Position numbers and translations under genes: made by a program. Under the pieces are notes generated by a model that worked only from the letters and a program-made list of their open reading frames with translations, made no database searches and had not been told where the DNA came from. Below, piece by piece: positions 30,004-33,472 of a DNA stretch of 33,472 nucleotides. Position 1 is the stretch's first letter. Every line of letters starts with the position of its first letter. Origin of the DNA: Coleofasciculus sp. B1-GNL1-01 (GTDB lineage: Bacteria; Cyanobacteriota; Cyanobacteriia; Cyanobacteriales; Coleofasciculaceae); the NCBI GenBank assembly GCA_040220235.1, contig JAVJTO010000002.1, one strand, 5' to 3'.

Positions 30004-31233
30004 ATGCAATCAATTATTTCCCGATCCGAGGATGTTTTTTCAAGGATTGAAACTGATAATCGTCTGTTTCTTCTCAAGCCTAAGAATGGACAACCGCCTA
30101 TCGTGCAACTTTTGAATGAATCCGCCCTCTCTTTATGGAACCGAATAGAGGATTCAGCGTTACTTGATGATATTCTAAGGGATGATTGGGACAACCGATT
30201 GCGAACAACCTTCGCATACATGCTGCACAATGGCTTCATTCAATGTCATCCACCTGTAAATATCGAACCAATTATTGACGCAGCAAGCATCGGTTTATAC
30301 CAAGACCCTTGGCAGTATCAATTTGATACATTGACTCTAAAATCCCCGTGGTTCGTATTATGGGAAGTAACAGAACGTTGTCCCCTGAAAAAACGGTGTC
30401 TCTTTTGTTATCAGCCGGATGAAATTACTATTGACGATCCTAGCCCTGAAGAGTACGAGCAAGTTATAAGTGAATTAGTTACTAACAAGATACCTTGGGT
30501 AACTCTACTCGGTGGCGAACCTTTATGCTACAACAAGTTGACAGATATCATTAGCCAGCTACGTTTCCATCGCATTTTTGTTAAAGTGATTACCAATGGC
30601 GTACTTGTCACTGAAGAAAATGCCGCGCAGCTTGGCGAAGCTGGTGTCAATCAGGTTGCTGTTTCCCTTGATGGACTAGACCGAGAAACACATGACTTGA
30701 GTCGGGGTGAAGGTGCTTTCGATAATACTCTTATTGCCATTAAGACGCTCAAGCAACGGGTTCCTCTTGTAAGTCTAAGTCTAACTGTATCTAACAAAAC
30801 CTTTGAACAGCTTGACTATTTACCAGAGTTTTGTGAGGAACTAGGAATAACTGAGGTATATATCTCGCCTTTGCGGGCAACTTCCAACACCTCTATTGCA
30901 CCTAGTTTGGGAGCAATGACTAGTGAACAGTACAGCCAGTTGAGAGAGAAGATTGCTTCTTGTTGCCGTTCAGATCTTGATGTTATTAATATTCCAGAAT
31001 GTAGCTGTGGTCGCTCATCTTGCGTGATTCATGCTGATGGATCATTTTCACCTTGTCCCTTCGCACGAAGTGCTTATGGTAGCATATACAAAGAGGGACT
31101 TGCAACTTTGTGGTCTCGTGCAAACAAAGTGGCAGAAGAAATCGGGCGTATGATTCCTGGCTCATACTGTTTTCGTAGGCACGAGCAGGAAGCTCTCGTC
31201 TCCCTTGAAAATAAAAAAATAAGGCTCTCTTAG
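30004..31233 (+). CDS. Radical SAM protein with PqqD/RRE-like N-terminus and Twitch/SPASM-like C-terminus
   Basis: AAGGAGG SD; WEVTERCPLKKRCLFCY, GGEPL, ITNG, VSLDG and CSCGRSSCVIHADGSFSPC; N-terminal LLNESALSLW..I. Confidence 0.85.
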   Translation: MQSIISRSEDVFSRIETDNRLFLLKPKNGQPPIVQLLNESALSLWNRIEDSALLDDILRDDWDNRLRTTFAYMLHNGFIQCHPPVNIEPIIDAASIGLYQDPWQYQFDTLTLKSPWFVLWEVTERCPLKKRCLFCYQPDEITIDDPSPEEYEQVISELVTNKIPWVTLLGGEPLCYNKLTDIISQLRFHRIFVKVITNGVLVTEENAAQLGEAGVNQVAVSLDGLDRETHDLSRGEGAFDNTLIAIKTLKQRVPLVSLSLTVSNKTFEQLDYLPEFCEELGITEVYISPLRATSNTSIAPSLGAMTSEQYSQLREKIASCCRSDLDVINIPECSCGRSSCVIHADGSFSPCPFARSAYGSIYKEGLATLWSRANKVAEEIGRMIPGSYCFRRHEQEALVSLENKKIRLS

Positions 31234-31444
31234 ACGGGTTATGGTAAATTAGCAATTTAAATGAGCTTTAACCCTTAAATAGAAAAGGATCTAACAGAAT
31301 AAAAAAGCTGTTTTCTTAGAATGTTTTTTTTGAATCTCCATGGTTCTTACGTAATTTTTACAGCAGATTTCAGGTATAGCATTCGCTTGAACATATCTCA
31401 TCTAGTGGTCTTCATCTGTCAATAAGGCTTCATCTTTGGAGATA

Positions 31445-31625
31445 TTAACGCTCTTATGTCACTTTCGGAAGGGCGAAGCCTGAAACCCTTACAGTGAAAG
31501 ACTTTGGTGAATTGCTCCTATATCATGAGTTCCTATCAGTTTCTAAACCCCCAAATACTTTGCAGCCATGGCTTTCAGCAATCAGGTTTGACATTTCGTT
31601 TCCCAGAGTGACAATAGAGCGTTAA
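31445..31625. mobile_element. ~180-bp MITE
   Basis: TIRs TTAACGCTCTTATGTCACT and AGTGACAATAGAGCGTTAA. Confidence 0.8.
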
Positions 31626-31626
31626 T

Positions 31627-31690
31627 CTGAAGTTTCCCTAGCCAAAAAACCAAAACTGCCTCACCGTGCGGCTTGGCGCGATTTTTTAGC
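31627..31690. mobile_element. Isolated remnant of an IS1634-type right end
   Basis: CTGAAGTTTCCCT...CGGCTTGGCGCGATTT resembles the end at 4422 (CTGAAGTTCCCCT...CGGCTTAGGGCGATTT) with the same spacing. Confidence 0.5.
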
Positions 31691-31908
31691 CGCCCTACTT
31701 ATGTCAAATCACTGAAACCTTGATGTAGCTTGGGTTTCAACCGATCTCTTGTCATATTGCAAAAATACGGGTCTTTCGTACTTAGTGTGCTAAATTGTTA
31801 GTTTGATTAGTCCGAACATTCAACAGTAAGAGCCTTAGCCACTTCTTCCCATATTTCAAGTCGTTTTAATGGACTCAGGCGTTACAATTTAGTGTAGGAG
31901 TAACAACC

Positions 31909-33084
31909 GTGATAGATGGCAAAGCTATTTCTATTTCTCTGTTTTCAGGGGCTTTTGGTTTAGACCTAGGGTTAGAGTTAGCCGGATTTCATACCGTAAG
32001 CGTGGTTGAGAAAGACCGTGATTCAGTAAAAACCATAGCCCTTAACCGACCCTATCTTCATGAAAGTGCTATCCCAAGGGCAATTGAAACAATCAGTACC
32101 CAAGATTTACTTTTAGAAGGGGGTCGAGTTTTAGGAAAAGGGAGAGCGTTACGCCCGAATGAGGTAGATTTGGTGGTGGGTGGCGCACCTTGTCAGCCTT
32201 TTAGCACAGCCGGAAAAAGGGCTTCAGTCTTAGACCCTCGTGGCAGTTTATTTATGGAGTTTGTCCGTGTTGTTCGAGACATTCAACCCCGATTTTTCGT
32301 GATGGAGAATGTGAAAGGGTTACTGTCTGCTGCTATTCGTCACCGACCCATTAACCAACGGGGAGCGGATTATCCACCGTTAGAACCTGACGAAATGAGA
32401 GGTGCAGCCCTTAAGGTGGTACTGGCAGAAATGCACGAACTTGGATACAAGGTGGTGTACAACCTTTTAGAAACTGCCGATTATGGCGTTCCTCAAAATA
32501 GAGAGCGGGTTGTGTTTATTGGTTCCAGAGATGGTGAATCGGTTACATTTCCTTTGGCTACCCATTGTCAAAGCGGTAGAGATTTACCAAAGTGGCGTAC
32601 TTTACGAGATGCGTTAACCAATTTAGTTGAACAAAATCCAGAGTTTACACCTTACTCAGAAAAGCGCTTAAAGTATTTGAGACTCCTCAAATCAGGACAA
32701 AACTGGAGATATTTACCGGAAAACTTGAAAGAAGAGGCAATGGGAGGTGCTTACAAGTCAGGGGGTGGTAAAGTTGGATTTTACAGGCGATTGTCCTGGG
32801 ATAAGCCTTCACCTACTGTGACGACAAGTCCACAGCAAAAAGCCACAGATATGTGTCACCCTGTAGAACTGCGTCCCTTGACTGTGCGAGAGTGTGCTAG
32901 AATCCAAACTTTTCCTGACGACTGGATTTTTTGTGGGTCAATAACGTCTAAGTATAAACAAATTGGGAATGCTGTACCTGTTGGATTAGCAAAAGCCATT
33001 GGGACTTATCTTTACAGCTTGATTCAAGGAGATAAACCGCGAGGAAAAGAAATCGTTGAACAACTCTCACTTTTCCCTTTATAA
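31909..33084 (+). CDS. DNA (cytosine-5) methyltransferase
   Basis: Motif I LFSGAFG, IV GAPCQPFS, VI ENVKG, VIII PQNRERV, IX RECARIQTFP and X QIGNAVP. Confidence 0.95.
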   Translation: MIDGKAISISLFSGAFGLDLGLELAGFHTVSVVEKDRDSVKTIALNRPYLHESAIPRAIETISTQDLLLEGGRVLGKGRALRPNEVDLVVGGAPCQPFSTAGKRASVLDPRGSLFMEFVRVVRDIQPRFFVMENVKGLLSAAIRHRPINQRGADYPPLEPDEMRGAALKVVLAEMHELGYKVVYNLLETADYGVPQNRERVVFIGSRDGESVTFPLATHCQSGRDLPKWRTLRDALTNLVEQNPEFTPYSEKRLKYLRLLKSGQNWRYLPENLKEEAMGGAYKSGGGKVGFYRRLSWDKPSPTVTTSPQQKATDMCHPVELRPLTVRECARIQTFPDDWIFCGSITSKYKQIGNAVPVGLAKAIGTYLYSLIQGDKPRGKEIVEQLSLFPL

Positions 33085-33092
33085 AAATTAAA

Positions 33093-33472
33093 CTGAAGTT
33101 CCCCCCGTCCAGATGTACTACAGGGGACTGAACTCCTACTGCATAAGCATTTTAGCAATTTAGCCCCCTCAAATCGTACCCATGTATATTTAAGATTTTC
33201 TTAATAGTTCTAGGAGAGAATCTGTGAGACAATTGTAGTCATGTACATAGAGCGTGTTCCTTGCCAGAAATTCTCCTCCAGCCGTATTACTTCGCTCCTC
33301 TTACCGCGAAGGCAAGAAAGTGCGGAAACGGACCCTAGCTAACCTATCTAAATTGCCGGATGAAGCCGTAGACGGCTTAAAAATCCTTCTCAAAGGAGGC
33401 AAAGCCATTGAAGACATCGAAGAAGCGTTTAACATAGTCCGTTCTCGCCCTCACGGTCACGTTGCCGCTGTG
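33093..33472 (+). mobile_element. Second IS1634-family copy (left end and 5' transposase), running off the window
   Basis: TIR CTGAAGTTCCCCCC; homologous to the reverse complement of 5620-5997; encodes RNSPPAVLLR.SYREGKKVRKRTLANLS. Confidence 0.9.

Noticed and set aside
30004..31233. Radical SAM gene as a hydrogenase maturase or hoxW
   Set aside because: NiFe maturation uses Hyp proteins and the HoxW endopeptidase, which this protein does not resemble; a strong terminator separates it from hoxH.
31321..31425. Short ORF (MFFLNLHGSY...) as RiPP precursor for the radical SAM enzyme
   Set aside because: No SD, no leader/core character, and it overlaps apparent IS/MITE end debris.
1..33472. Frequent GCGATCGC octamers as a novel motif
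   Set aside because: This is the well-known cyanobacterial HIP1 sequence.

Overview
Cyanobacterial chromosome segment. Abundant HIP1 GCGATCGC octamers, heptamer STRRs and GTAG-type REPs suggest a filamentous Oscillatoriales/Coleofasciculus-like genome (inference). Left part: nested MITEs, eda, an L,D-transpeptidase and an HTH-NACHT NTPase. Middle part (~4.2-19.3 kb): a ~15 kb block bounded by 124-bp direct repeats. It holds an internally deleted IS1634 and a co-oriented cluster: membrane TPR protein, secreted TPR/COP23 protein, four tandem mosaic trypsin-like-protease-WD40 paralogs (two intact, two independently broken by overlapping deletions) and a secreted TPR-CHAT caspase-like protease. 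This is the best candidate for an undescribed, diversifying proteolytic sensing or conflict system. Next come a REP-flanked orphan gene, a deleted CYP120-like P450 and a fermentation cluster adhE-hoxEFUYH with a structured leader. The window ends with an RRE-radical SAM enzyme with a CX5CX2C motif, MITEs, a C5 DNA methyltransferase and the start of a second IS1634 copy. All calls are by eye; no database searches were run.
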